A DNA stretch of 64,000 bases from an uncultured Gemmatimonadales bacterium (GCA_963840165.1 CAWIXT010000006.1:646680-710679), one strand, 5' to 3'; numbered from the stretch's first letter, positions 36,873 to 46,889 are shown. Numbers and translations: made by a program. Notes: generated from the sequence alone by a model not told the origin.

Positions 36873-39693
36873 ATGGCCCGCGTGTGGCGGTACGCTCAGC
36901 CGCCACCTCTATCGCGGCTGTGCACTCGGCATACATTTACGTACCGTCCGATGCGCCCGGCATCGAGCATCCTATCAGCATATGCGACACTCGTTGTGAA
37001 CCTGCTGCCCGACCCCCAGAGGGAAGGTCCCCCTGTCACCCGGTATGCCCTCGCGGTAGCAACCACCGCGGCCGCTGTAGTCCTCACCCTCCTCCTCCAG
37101 CCACTCATTCACCCCAGTGTCCTGGCACCTTTCCTTCTGGCGGTAGCAATCGCAGCTCTGTACGGCGGGGTCGGACCAGGAGTGGTCGCCTCGCTGTTGA
37201 GTGTGGCTGCGTTGAGCTACTGGTTTTTCCCACCGTTACACGCTCCTGGGATCGCGACCACGGCGGACACTGCCCGCGTGCTCCTCTTCCTGGTCGTGGC
37301 CGCGGTCATCACCTGGATCGCGGGTACGGTCCGCAATCAGCGCTGGAATGCGATGCAGGCTGCCGCTGAGCTCCGCATCAGCCAGGAGCGGCTTCGGCTC
37401 GCCACCGAGGCACTGGCCGGCTTCCTCTACGACTGGGACGTCATCACCGGCCAAGTGGAGTGGATCGGCCGCACCGAGGAAGTTCTGGGCTTCCGTGCGC
37501 ATGAGATCCCGCAGGAGAGCACCTGGTGGCAGAACCGAATCCATCCCGAGGACAAGGTCGCCGCCGCTCAGGTCAGGACCGCAGTCCTGAACGGCGAGAC
37601 TCCAAACTGGGAGGTCGAGTACCGGGTCCAGCATCGCGATGGCCATTACGTCGACATTGTCAATCGGGGGCACCTGGTGCGAGATGCCGGCGGACGGGTC
37701 GTCCGGGTGGTCGGCGGCATGAGCGATGTCACCCAGCGTCGCCGGTTGGAGCGGGAGCGCGAGGAGGCTGCCAAAGCGCTGCGCGCGACGGATGAACGGT
37801 TCCGCCTGGCAACGGCGGCTCTGGCCGGCTTCCTGTATGACTACGATCTCACCACCGGCCAGGTCGAGCACTTCGGTGGGATGGGGGACGTCCTGGGATT
37901 TGAGCTGAAGGACGCACCCTCCGATCCCGAGTGGTGGATCGAGCGCATTCACCCAGACGAGGCCGCCAGCGTGTTGCAGGTTGCCAGGGAGACGTTGAGC
38001 GGCACCGCTGAGTCCTACCAATACGAATTCCGGATCAGACATCGGGAGGGCCACTGGATCCACATCTCGGAGCGCGGCCGGATCATCCGTGGTGATTCGG
38101 GCCGGCCGGTCCGGGCCCTGGGTGGGGTGGTTGATGTGTCTGACAGGAAGCGGGGGGAAGCGGAGCTCCGCGAGGTCACCAGGCGCATGGATGTTGCGCT
38201 CGAGGGCTCCGCGATCGGGATCTGGGAGCTCGAGCTGACAGACGGCACCTTCGAGAACGGCCGGGTCGTCTACAGCAACGCACGGGAGCAGCTCGGGTAT
38301 GGCCGGCCGACGTCACCCCCTGACCTGGCCGATGGCATCGACCTTGTCCATCCCTCGGACCGGGACGTGTTGCGGGATGCCTACCGAGCGCTCCTGTCCG
38401 GTGAGACCGACCGGATCCAGCTCGAGCAGCGGCTCCGGCACCGTGACGGATCCTATCGCACGATGCTGGTACGGGGCGTCCCGGTCCATGATGACACAGG
38501 CAGGATCACTCGTGTCATCGGAAGCCGGGTCGATATCACGGAGCGCAAGCGAATCGAGGCGGTGCTACACGTGAGCGAGGAACGCTTCCGGCTCGCCAGC
38601 GAGGCGCTGGCGGCCTTCCTCTACGAGTGGGACCCCATCACCAATCATCTGGAGTGGTTCGGCGGCATGGAGGAGGTGCTGGGCTTCAGGCTGGGCGACG
38701 TAAAGCCGGACCTGGCCTGGTATGAGTCCCGCACGCATCCAGACGATCTGGGCTCCGGCTGGGAAAAAGCCAAGGCGGCGCTGGAGAGCGGTGCTCCCGG
38801 ATACAGCCACGTGTACCGCTTTCGGCATCGGGACGGCCACTACGTTCATGTGGCCGACCGCTCCCGGATCGTCCGCGATGAGGCCGGACGCGCCATCCGG
38901 GTCCTGGGCGGAGTGAGCGACATCTCCGAGCGTATCCGCCTGGAAAGCGAGCGAACCGAGCTGCTGCTGCGAGAGCGGGGGGCCCGGGCCGCGGCCGAGG
39001 ACGCGGCGCGACATCGCGATGAAGTGCTCGCTGTGGTGTCGCACGATCTGCGGAACCCGCTCGCGGCCATCAGCATATGTGCGAGCGCAGCCGCACTGAA
39101 TCTCGAGCCGCCGTATGAGAGTGCCAAGCATATGCTGGCATCGATCAAACACGCCGCTGACTCGACCCGAGCGGTTAATCCGTGACCTGATGGACGTGGC
39201 CAGTATTGAGGCCGGTCGCCTGGCGGTGGAGCCACATCCCGAGGCACCAGCCACCATGTTGGAGCAGGCGGCAGACATGTTCGCCGCCCTCGCGCGTGCC
39301 CGCGGGGTGTTATTGGAGACCCGGACGACGCCCGGTCTCCCCGCGGTGCGCGCAGATGCGGAGCGGGTGTTGCAGGGGCTCGCCAATCTGGTCACGAATT
39401 CACTCAGGTTCACCGAACCTGGAGATCACATAACGCTTCGAGCCGAGCCCGATCCCGCCGGAGTCCGCTTTGCTGTGGAGGACACCGGGAGCGGTATTGC
39501 ATCCGAAGACCTCGCCCACGTGTTCGACCGCTTCTGGCAGAGGCAACACGGCAGTGGGGGTGGCTCCGGGCTGGGACTCTCGATCGTGCGCGGCATCGTG
39601 GCCGCCCATGGTGGTCAAGTCATGGCGGAGAGTACGCCGGGCAAGGGGAGCCGATTCAGTTTTACCCTCCCGGCCGTTACCCGTTCTTCCTAG
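36873..39693 (+). pseudogene. Multi-PAS sensor histidine kinase (DUF4118-like membrane N-terminus, 4 PAS repeats, HisKA, HATPase), split by one frameshift near 39165-39185
   Basis: ORF 36873-39185 ends ...VVSHDLRNPLAAI...SIKHAADSTRAVNP*. ORF 39115-39693 continues in the +1 frame with ...ERLIRDLMDVASIEAGRL...VEDTGSGIASEDL...GSGLGLSIVRGIV. The start codon is uncertain (36873 or 36951). Confidence 0.7.
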
Positions 39694-40789
39694 CACTTCC
39701 CCTCTTCCAGAACGGCCGGCTCACCACCTCGGCCGGCAGGCGCTCGCCCCGGCACTCGACCTCGAACTTCGTGCCGACCCTCGCGGCGGCAGCCGGCAGG
39801 TAGGTGGTCCCGATGGGCAGGCCCAGCGAAGGACTCATGGTGCCGCTCCGCACCACGTCCACCTCACGGCCCTCGTGATACACGGGATAGCCGGGGCGGG
39901 GGAAGCCGCGGCCCTGGAGCTGGAAGCCGACCAGCTTCCGGGTGACGCCGCGGATCTTCTGGGCCCGGAGCGCGGTATCTCCGGTGAAGGGCGCGCCCTT
40001 GTCCAGCTTCACGATCCAGCCCAGCCCGGCCTCGAGCGGGGTGATGTGCCGGTCGATCTCATTGCCGTAGAGCGCGTAGCCCATCTCGGTGCGGAGCGAA
40101 TCGCGCGCACCGAGCCCGATCGGCTTGGCGCCGCCGGCCAGGAGGGCCTCCCAGATCTTCAGCGTGTCCCGTTCCCGGCAGTAAAGCTCGAAGCCGTCCT
40201 CGCCGGTGTACCCGGTACGCGAGATGAAGCACTCGGCACCGGCGACCTTGCCAATAACGAAGTGGTAGTAGGCCACGTCGGGGAGGCGGGTGTCGGTCAG
40301 CGGCTGGAGCCCCCCCTCGGCATGAGGCCCCTGCACCGACAGGAGCCCCACCTCGCTGGAGATGTCCTTCAGGCGAACGTTGATACCGCCCTTCTGCTCC
40401 ACTATGTGCTCCCACGCCGGGGCGGTGTTCGATGCGTTGACAACGATCATGAGCTTGTCATCGAACCGGTACACGGTGCAGTCGTCGACGAAGGTGCCCT
40501 CGGGAGTGAGAATGGCGGAGTACTGTACGCCGCCGGACTCCAGCGCACTCACGTCGTTGCAGGTAACCCGGTTCACGAAGGCGTTCCGGTCGGGACCGGT
40601 GATCTCAAACTCCCCCATGTGCGACACATCGAACACCCCGGCGCCGGTGCGCACCGCGTGGTGCTCGGCCAGGATTCCGGCGGGGTACTGCACCGGCATC
40701 TCCCAGCCCGCGAACGGAACCATCTTTGCCCCCAGGGCACGGTGCGCGTCATACAACGCAGTGCGCTTGAGCTCAGTAGTTGCCGTCAT
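39677..40789 (-). CDS. gcvT: Glycine cleavage system T protein (aminomethyltransferase)
   Basis: TALYDAHRALGAKMVPFAGWEMPVQY...GVFDVSHMGEF...TGYTGEDGFE. Confidence 0.9.
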   Translation of the reverse strand: MTATTELKRTALYDAHRALGAKMVPFAGWEMPVQYPAGILAEHHAVRTGAGVFDVSHMGEFEITGPDRNAFVNRVTCNDVSALESGGVQYSAILTPEGTFVDDCTVYRFDDKLMIVVNASNTAPAWEHIVEQKGGINVRLKDISSEVGLLSVQGPHAEGGLQPLTDTRLPDVAYYHFVIGKVAGAECFISRTGYTGEDGFELYCRERDTLKIWEALLAGGAKPIGLGARDSLRTEMGYALYGNEIDRHITPLEAGLGWIVKLDKGAPFTGDTALRAQKIRGVTRKLVGFQLQGRGFPRPGYPVYHEGREVDVVRSGTMSPSLGLPIGTTYLPAAAARVGTKFEVECRGERLPAEVVSRPFWKRGSARKNG

Positions 40790-40885
40790 GATCTCTTTCT
40801 TTTCAGGTTTCGGCCCCCTCGGTCGCTACGCTCCCTCAGGGTGACATGCCTTCCCGCTCACCGCTCACGCTTTTGCTCTTCCCGC

Positions 40886-41788
40886 TCACGCTTCCCCCAT
40901 CAGAACCGCCATCACCGCTTTCTGCACGTGCAGCCGGTTCTCGGCCTCATCCCAGACCCTCGACTGCTTGCCTTCGATGACCGATTCGGCGACTTCCTCG
41001 CCCCGGTGCGCCGGCAGGCAATGCAGGAAGATGGCGCCGGGGCCGGCCAGCTTCATCAGCGCGTCGTCCACCATGTAGCCCTGGAAGGCACGAGCCCGCT
41101 TCTCCTGTTCCTCCTCCTGACCCATGGATGCCCAGACATCGGTATTGACAACATCGGCACCGCGGGCCGCCTCCCGCGGATCGGTGGTCAGCGTGATCCT
41201 GGCCTTGCCGGAATTGCGCGCGAGGATGTCCGGGTTCGGCTCGTAGCCCGTGGGACAGGCAAGGCGCAGCTCGAAGCCGAGTGTGCCGGCCGCGTTGATC
41301 CAGCTGTTGGCCATGTTGTTACCGTCGCCGATCCAGGCGATGACCTTGCCGTCCCAACTGCCAAGGTGCTCGCGCACGGTCATAAGATCGGCGAGCACCT
41401 GACATGGATGGAGAAGATCAGTCAGGCCATTGATGACCGGGATGGAACCGTAGCGCGCCAGCTCCTCCACGTCGGCATGATCGTAGGTGCGGATCATGAT
41501 GCCGTCGAGGTAGCGGGAGAGTACCCGCGCGGTGTCGCGGATCGGCTCGCCCCGGCCCAACTGGATATCTCGCGAGGAGAGGAAGAGCGCGTGACCCCCG
41601 AGCTGGAAAGCGCCTACCTCGAAGGAGACGCGGGTCCGGGTGGACGATTTGGCGAAGATCATCCCGAGTGTCTTGCCCAGCAGCGGCTTGTCCTGGTAGG
41701 TGCCCTGCTTCATTCGGGCGGCCAGATCGAAGAGAGCGACGAGCTCGGGCTTGCTGAAGTCGGGGATGGATAGGAAGTGGCGGGTCAT
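40886..41788 (-). CDS. argF: Ornithine carbamoyltransferase
   Basis: Motifs FAKSSTRTRVSFE, HPCQVLADL and HCLPAHRGEEV. Start chosen at MTRHFLS (41788); upstream in-frame codons are repeat-encoded. Confidence 0.9.
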   Translation of the reverse strand: MTRHFLSIPDFSKPELVALFDLAARMKQGTYQDKPLLGKTLGMIFAKSSTRTRVSFEVGAFQLGGHALFLSSRDIQLGRGEPIRDTARVLSRYLDGIMIRTYDHADVEELARYGSIPVINGLTDLLHPCQVLADLMTVREHLGSWDGKVIAWIGDGNNMANSWINAAGTLGFELRLACPTGYEPNPDILARNSGKARITLTTDPREAARGADVVNTDVWASMGQEEEQEKRARAFQGYMVDDALMKLAGPGAIFLHCLPAHRGEEVAESVIEGKQSRVWDEAENRLHVQKAVMAVLMGEA

Positions 41789-41807
41789 CGGGAAGGGATT
41801 GTACATA

Positions 41808-41920
41808 GTGAACAGTGAAAAGTGAACAGGGCGCAGACCGCGCCACCCGTTCACTATTTACTGTTCACTGTTCACTGTTCACTGTTTCACTGTTTCACTC
41901 TTCACTCTTCACCCTCTCAC
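41808..41920. repeat. GTGAACA-word hairpin plus a drifting tandem array (TGTTCAC x3, TGTTTCAC x2, TCTTCAC x2, CCTCTCAC)
   Basis: GTGAACAGTGAAAAGTGAACAGG (41808-41830) faces CGTTCACTATTTACTGTTCACTGTTCAC.... The array runs up to the stop of the 41917 gene. Confidence 0.75.
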
Positions 41921-43458
41921 GGCAACCGCAGCCGGCGCAGCAGTCGAGAGAAGCGCCGGTCGGTCCGCAGCGAGTCCACCCGCGGATCCACCCGGAGGTA
42001 GGCGATCCCCTCGGAACGCTCCTTGACTGCACGGTCCAGCCAGGCGAACGCCTGGGTTCTCTGGCCCAGCGCCGCGTGCACCGCAGCAATCAGGTAGGGA
42101 GAGACGTATCGGTCCGCCGCGGCGGCTTGGAGCTGCTGCAACGCCGACCGGGCCTCGTCAACCCGGCCGGAGGCCGCGAACAGCTGGGCCTGGGCCGCAT
42201 GGATTTCGGCCCGCTGGGGGAACAACGCCAGGGGGAGGCGGAGATGCCGCTCGGCGGCGGGGTAGTCTCCGGCGGCCTGCTCCAGCAGAGCCAGATCGAA
42301 GTGCGGGCGCCATGCTGCCGAATCCATGGCGACGGCTCGCTCCAGCGTTTCGCGTGCCCGCGCGGGCTGCCTGGCGTTGAGATAGTGCCAGCCAAGCAGG
42401 GCGGTGAGCTCGGGCGACAGCGGACTCAGCTGGAGTGCCCGCTCGGCTACGGCGCGGGACTCATCGATTCGTCCCATGGCGAGTAGATAGCGCGCATACG
42501 GCGGGCGCAGGTCCGGGTCTGCCGGAGCCAGCGCGAGAGCCCGGCGGAACTGCACCTGCGCGCCGCTCCAGTTCCGATCGAAGACGAATCGAATCGTTCC
42601 CAGCACCGCGTGCGCATGGGCCAGGGTGCTGTCCAGCTGCAGCGCCCGTACCACCGCGGCCTTGGCCAGCGGGACAGCAGTGAGCGGCGACATGGCCTCG
42701 ACGCCGCCGCCTCGCAGGTATGCGTCCGCCAGCGCCGCGTGTGCGGCTGCAAAGCTGGAATCGAGTCGCACCGCGTGGGTGAGATGAGCCACCGCGCGCC
42801 GGTTGCTCCCGGGAGTGGGCCGTTCCAGCTCGTAGCGTCCCGCCAGATAGGCGTCGTGGGCCGAGAAGCTGGTGCGGATTCCCCGGGGCGCAGCTGTGGA
42901 ATCGGCCGGCCCGGGGGCCCGGAGCGCGGTGGCGACGGCATCGCGAATCTCATGCTCGATATCGAACAGCTCGGCGGCCGGGCGCTCGTATGCCTCGGAC
43001 CAGACATCGAAGCCTTCTTCCACATCCACCAACCGGGCGGTCACCCGCAGCCGGTCACCCGAGCGTCGAACGCTTCCCACCAGCACCGTTGCGACTCCCA
43101 TGCGTCGGCCCGCCAGCCGCGGATCTCCCCGGGCCTGCCGGGGCGCGAAGGCGGAGGAGCGTGGGCGCACGTCGAGTCCCGGCATCCGGGCGAGCGCCTC
43201 GGTCAGATCGGCGCCGAGCCCGTGGCCCAGGTAGTCGTCGGCCACATCGGGACTGGTGTTCATGAAGGGGAGCACCGCGACCGAGCTGGCGCGGACCGCG
43301 GCCGGCAGGGGCCGGCCCCGGTTGGGCGACGCCGCCCGCAGGTACAGGCTGCCGGCGAGCAGCAAGGAGACTGCCACGCTGAAAACGGTCCAGCGAGCAG
43401 GGATCCGTCGCCGGAGCCCTGATGACTGCCCGCTGGCGACTCGTGGCTCGTGACTCAC
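41917..43458 (-). CDS. Membrane-anchored TPR-repeat protein with a TolB-N-like module
   Basis: TM helix WTVFSVAVSLLLAGSLYL, SVAVLPFMNTSPD...LVGSVRRSGDRLRVTARLVD, then about 8 TPR-like repeats. The first codons (SHEPRVAS) are repeat-encoded. Confidence 0.7.
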   Translation of the reverse strand: MSHEPRVASGQSSGLRRRIPARWTVFSVAVSLLLAGSLYLRAASPNRGRPLPAAVRASSVAVLPFMNTSPDVADDYLGHGLGADLTEALARMPGLDVRPRSSAFAPRQARGDPRLAGRRMGVATVLVGSVRRSGDRLRVTARLVDVEEGFDVWSEAYERPAAELFDIEHEIRDAVATALRAPGPADSTAAPRGIRTSFSAHDAYLAGRYELERPTPGSNRRAVAHLTHAVRLDSSFAAAHAALADAYLRGGGVEAMSPLTAVPLAKAAVVRALQLDSTLAHAHAVLGTIRFVFDRNWSGAQVQFRRALALAPADPDLRPPYARYLLAMGRIDESRAVAERALQLSPLSPELTALLGWHYLNARQPARARETLERAVAMDSAAWRPHFDLALLEQAAGDYPAAERHLRLPLALFPQRAEIHAAQAQLFAASGRVDEARSALQQLQAAAADRYVSPYLIAAVHAALGQRTQAFAWLDRAVKERSEGIAYLRVDPRVDSLRTDRRFSRLLRRLRLP

Positions 43459-43502
43459 TCGATCGGCACAGTTTCAGTCAGCGGGACAGCGGCAGCGAGA
43501 CA

Positions 43503-45014
43503 CTAGAGAATGTATCTACGCAGGTCGTCGTCGCTGATGATCTTCACCAACCGGTCTCTGACGTTGCCGGCGTTGAAGACGATCCGCTTTTCAGGATAGT
43601 CGGGCAGCTCGAACAGCACGTCCTCCATCAGTGCGGCCATGACGGTATGCAGCCGCCGCGCTCCGATGTTTTCCATGCGGTCGTTCGCCATGAACGCGAC
43701 CCGCGCCACCTCTGCGATCCCATCTTCAGTGAAGGCCAGCTCGGCCCCTTCCGCGGCTACCAGCGCCTGATACTGCTTGGTGAGGGCATTCTCCGGCTCG
43801 GTCATGATGCGGACGAAGTCCTGCTCAGTCAGCGACTGGAGCTCGACCCGGATGGGAAAGCGGCCCTGGAGCTCGGGAATGAGGTCTGACGGCTTGGAGA
43901 CGTGGAAGGCCCCGGCCGCGATGAAGAGAATGTGATCGCTCCGCACGTAGCCGTAACGGGTCTGCACCGTTGAGCCTTCGACGATCGGCAGCAGGTCGCG
44001 CTGCACCCCCTCCCGGGACACATCCGGACCGCCACCCTGCCCCCGCTCGCCCGCGATCTTGTCGATCTCGTCGATGAAAATGATCCCGTGGTTTTCGACC
44101 CGGTCGAGCGACTCGTTCACCACGTCGTCCATGTCCACCAGCTTCTTGAGCTCCTCGTCCACCAGCACCCGACGCGCCTCCGGCACCTTCACCGTACGTC
44201 GCTTCTTGCGCTTGGGCATCATGTCCTGGAGCATCTCGGTGAAGTTGATGTCCATCCCCTCGACCCCCTGGGGTGGCTGGATCAGCTCCATCATGGGATA
44301 GCCCTGCTGCGCCACCTCGACCTCGACCTCGCGGTCGTCCAGCCGGCCATCTCCCAGCATCTCGCGCAGCTTCTCCCTGGCCCGCTGCCGCCGCTCCTCC
44401 TCAGGACTCGGCGGGCGCTCGGACTTGGCCTGACCGCTGGACGAAACGACGAAGACAGACGCACCTTCCGCCATTTCCGTCCCCTCCCGTCCGCCCGGGA
44501 CATGCTTGTCCGCCTTCTCCATTGGCTGCGGGCCCGGCGGCAACAGCAGGTCGAGCAGCCGCTCGTCGGCCCGCTGTTCGGCCTGGGGATAGACCTCGTC
44601 CTCCCGTTCGGTCCGCACCAGGTTGATGGCCGAGTCCACCAGGTCCCGCACCATCGATTCGGCGTCCCGCCCCACGTAGCCGACCTCGGTGAACTTGGAT
44701 GCCTCCACCTTAATGAACGGAGCCCCCGAGAGCCGCGCCAGCCGTCGGGCCACCTCGGTCTTCCCCACCCCGGTGGGCCCGATCATGATGATGTTGTAAG
44801 GGGTGATCTCGTCCCGGATCTCGTCGGGGGCCTGGGCTCGGCGCCACCGGTTCCGCACCGCGATGGCCACCGCCTTCTTGGCGGCCTCCTGACCCACGAT
44901 GTAGCGATCGAGCTCGGCCACGATCAGCCGGGGCGGCATCTCCTCCAGCCACGGCATGGGTGCGGTGGGCTCGGGGCCGGACTCGATGGGGAGCTTGGGG
45001 GCGGCGTCGGTCAT
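43503..45014 (-). CDS. hslU: ATP-dependent protease ATPase subunit HslU
   Basis: LDRYIVGQEAAKKAVAIAVRNRWRR...IGPTGVGKTEVARRLA...GIIFIDEIDKIA... Confidence 0.95.
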   Translation of the reverse strand: MTDAAPKLPIESGPEPTAPMPWLEEMPPRLIVAELDRYIVGQEAAKKAVAIAVRNRWRRAQAPDEIRDEITPYNIIMIGPTGVGKTEVARRLARLSGAPFIKVEASKFTEVGYVGRDAESMVRDLVDSAINLVRTEREDEVYPQAEQRADERLLDLLLPPGPQPMEKADKHVPGGREGTEMAEGASVFVVSSSGQAKSERPPSPEEERRQRAREKLREMLGDGRLDDREVEVEVAQQGYPMMELIQPPQGVEGMDINFTEMLQDMMPKRKKRRTVKVPEARRVLVDEELKKLVDMDDVVNESLDRVENHGIIFIDEIDKIAGERGQGGGPDVSREGVQRDLLPIVEGSTVQTRYGYVRSDHILFIAAGAFHVSKPSDLIPELQGRFPIRVELQSLTEQDFVRIMTEPENALTKQYQALVAAEGAELAFTEDGIAEVARVAFMANDRMENIGARRLHTVMAALMEDVLFELPDYPEKRIVFNAGNVRDRLVKIISDDDLRRYIL

Positions 45015-45028
45015 TCTTGAAGGTACAG

Positions 45029-45129
45029 CGTGAGCGGGGAAAGAAAAACGTGAGCGGGGGAGAAAAAGCCGGGTGGGACGCTCTTTTCCCGCTTACGCTT
45101 TCTCTTTCCCGCTTACGCTTTTCTCTCCC
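45029..45129. repeat. GTGAGCG/GTAAGCG-word inverted repeat between hslU and hslV; the right arm encodes the last 12 codons of hslV
   Basis: CGTGAGCGGGGAAAGAAAAACGTGAGCGGGGGAGAAAAAG (45029-45068) faces CTCTTTTCCCGCTTACGCTTTCTCTTTCCCGCTTACGCTTTTCTCTCCC (45081-45129). Confidence 0.7.
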
Positions 45130-45662
45130 GGTAGTTCGAGAACCGTGATGTTTCTATTAGTAAAGACGCAGATGTCGGCGGCGATCTCCAGCGAGCGCTG
45201 GGTGATCTCGCGGGCGCTCCGGTTGGCCTCCGGCAGCAGGGCCCGGGCGGCCGCAAGCGCGAAGTTGCCTCCCGACCCGATCGCGATGATGCCGTCGTCC
45301 GGCTCGATCAGCTCTCCGGAACCGCTCAGCAGAAAGCTGTGCTCCAGGTCGGCCACCACCAGCAGCGCCTCGAGTCGCCGGAGGATGCGGTCGCTGCGCC
45401 AGTCCTTGGCCAACTCCACCGCGGCCCGAGGCAGGTTGCCGGGATAGCGGTCCAGCTTCTCCTCGAACTTTTCGTAGAGGGTGAGCGCATCGGCGACCGA
45501 GCCGGCGAATCCGGCCAGCACCTTGCCGCCCTTCATGGTGCGCACCTTGTTGGAGTGCGACTTCACGACGGTCTCGCCGATGCTGACCTGGCCGTCGCCG
45601 CCCAGCGCGACTCGGCCGTCTTTTCGGACGCCGAGGATGGTGGTGCCGTGAAATGAAGTCAT
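45093..45662 (-). CDS. hslV: ATP-dependent protease subunit HslV
   Basis: [27 protein letters not shown]... with catalytic Thr after processing. The C-terminal [12 protein letters not shown] tail is repeat-derived. Confidence 0.95.
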   Translation of the reverse strand: MTSFHGTTILGVRKDGRVALGGDGQVSIGETVVKSHSNKVRTMKGGKVLAGFAGSVADALTLYEKFEEKLDRYPGNLPRAAVELAKDWRSDRILRRLEALLVVADLEHSFLLSGSGELIEPDDGIIAIGSGGNFALAAARALLPEANRSAREITQRSLEIAADICVFTNRNITVLELPGEKSVSGKEKA

Positions 45663-45755
45663 AGTCCTCGAAAAGCGCGAACGGTGAACGGTGAACAGGA
45701 AACGGGCCCTTCCCGACCACCCCCGTTCACCGTTGACCGTTTACCGTTCACGCTG

Positions 45756-46665
45756 TTACGCACGGGGGTGCGCCTGGTTGTACACCTTCTTCAGTCGCTC
45801 GACGCTGGTGTGGGTGTAGATCTGCGTCGTGCTCAACGAGGCGTGGCCCAGCAGCTCCTGAACAGCGCGCAGATCGGCGCCGGCATCCAGCATGTGAGTG
45901 GCGAAAGTGTGGCGCAGTGAGTGGACCCGCAGGTCATCCATCTCCGATGCCGTCCAGCATTGCATGGACGATGCGCTGCACTCCCCGGGCGGCGAGCCGC
46001 CTGCCGAGGCGGCTGACGAACACCGCCCGCCGCTCGGCCCGGGGCTGGGCTACCACCGATTCCCGGAGGTTAAGATAGCGTCTGAGGGCCAGCACCGCGC
46101 GCGAGCCCACCGGGACGATACGCTCCTTGCGCCCCTTACCCCGGACCTTGGCCTGATCCGCCAGCAGGTCGAGATCCTCGAGGTTCATCCCGCACAGCTC
46201 GGACAACCGAATGCCGGTGGAGTAGAAGAGCTCCAGGATGGCGAGATCCCGGGTAGGAACAAACTCGTCTCCCACCGCCCGCCCCTCGACCCACTCGAAG
46301 AGCCGGTCGGTCTGCTGCCGGTCCAGATAGGTGGGCAGCCGCTTCTCCAGCTTCGGCATCTTCGTCGCCCGCGCGATGGTGTTCGGCACCTCATGGTGCT
46401 CCTGCAGGTAGCGGTAGAGGCTCCGCACCGCCGAGAGCGAGCGGGCGGCGCTGCGGCGGGCCAGCCCGCGGCGCTGCAGCTCGCCCAGAAAACCGCGCAG
46501 GCCGAGCCGGTCCACGGTGCCCCAGGTCCAGTCACCGTAGTGCCGGTCGCAGAAGTCCGTGAAGGCCTCGAGATCCCGCCCGTAGGCCTTCACCGTATGG
46601 GGCGAGACGTCGCGCTCCTTCGCGAGATGGACCAGGTACTCGGTGACCTCACTGCGTCTTTCCAT
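45756..46665 (-). pseudogene. xerC: Tyrosine recombinase XerC/CodV, one frameshift near 45940-45965
   Basis: The N-terminal 243 aa (…YLVHLAKERDVSPHTVKAYGRDL…) end in ...AMLDGIGDG*. The catalytic C-terminus [43 protein letters not shown] lies in another frame (45756-45965). Confidence 0.75.
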
Positions 46666-46681
46666 AAAGCTCCGAAAAATT

Positions 46682-46889
46682 TCACCACAGAGGACACAGA
46701 GGGATCATATCGCCGTGAAGCTCACGACATCGCGTGATTCGTTTCCTAGATGCAACTTTTGGGTGGCTCCTATGCGCATGGAGCTCTATTGCAATCCCAC
46801 AAGAAAATCCGGTTGACGATACTGAATCACGAGATGTCGTGAGCTCCACGGCGATATGATCCCTCTGTGTTCTCTGTGCCTCTGTGGTG
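46682..46889. mobile_element. MITE-like element: 55-63-bp terminal inverted repeats (CACAGAGG words) around an AT-richer ~90-bp core
   Basis: The left TIR (46682-46736) matches the reverse complement of 46827-46889 apart from a 9-nt indel and a few mismatches. The right TIR supplies the last ~20 codons and the stop of trmFO. Confidence 0.55.

Noticed and set aside
39470-41773. 767-aa ORF on the plus strand. Similar long ORFs occur at 8093-9589(-), 10623-11684(-), 1522-2643(+), 2709-4046(+), 4043-5128(+), 20738-22072(+), 31763-33463(+), 48254-49489(+), 49835-50992(+), 51178-52542(+), 54294-55394(+) and 54610-55899(+).
   Set aside because: All lie antisense to genes with clear family signatures (gcvT, argF, ligase, AcrB, the EBP, the M28 peptidase, topA, aroC, pilP and others). 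Their translations are Arg/Gly/Pro/His-rich low-complexity strings, typical of open antisense frames in high-GC DNA.
45756-46889. xerC plus adjacent inverted repeats as an integrative mobile element.
   Set aside because: xerC sits in the conserved topA-trmFO-xerC-hslVU housekeeping block. There is no cargo, no att-like duplication and no tRNA target. The inverted-repeat element is too small (about 210 bp) to be autonomous.
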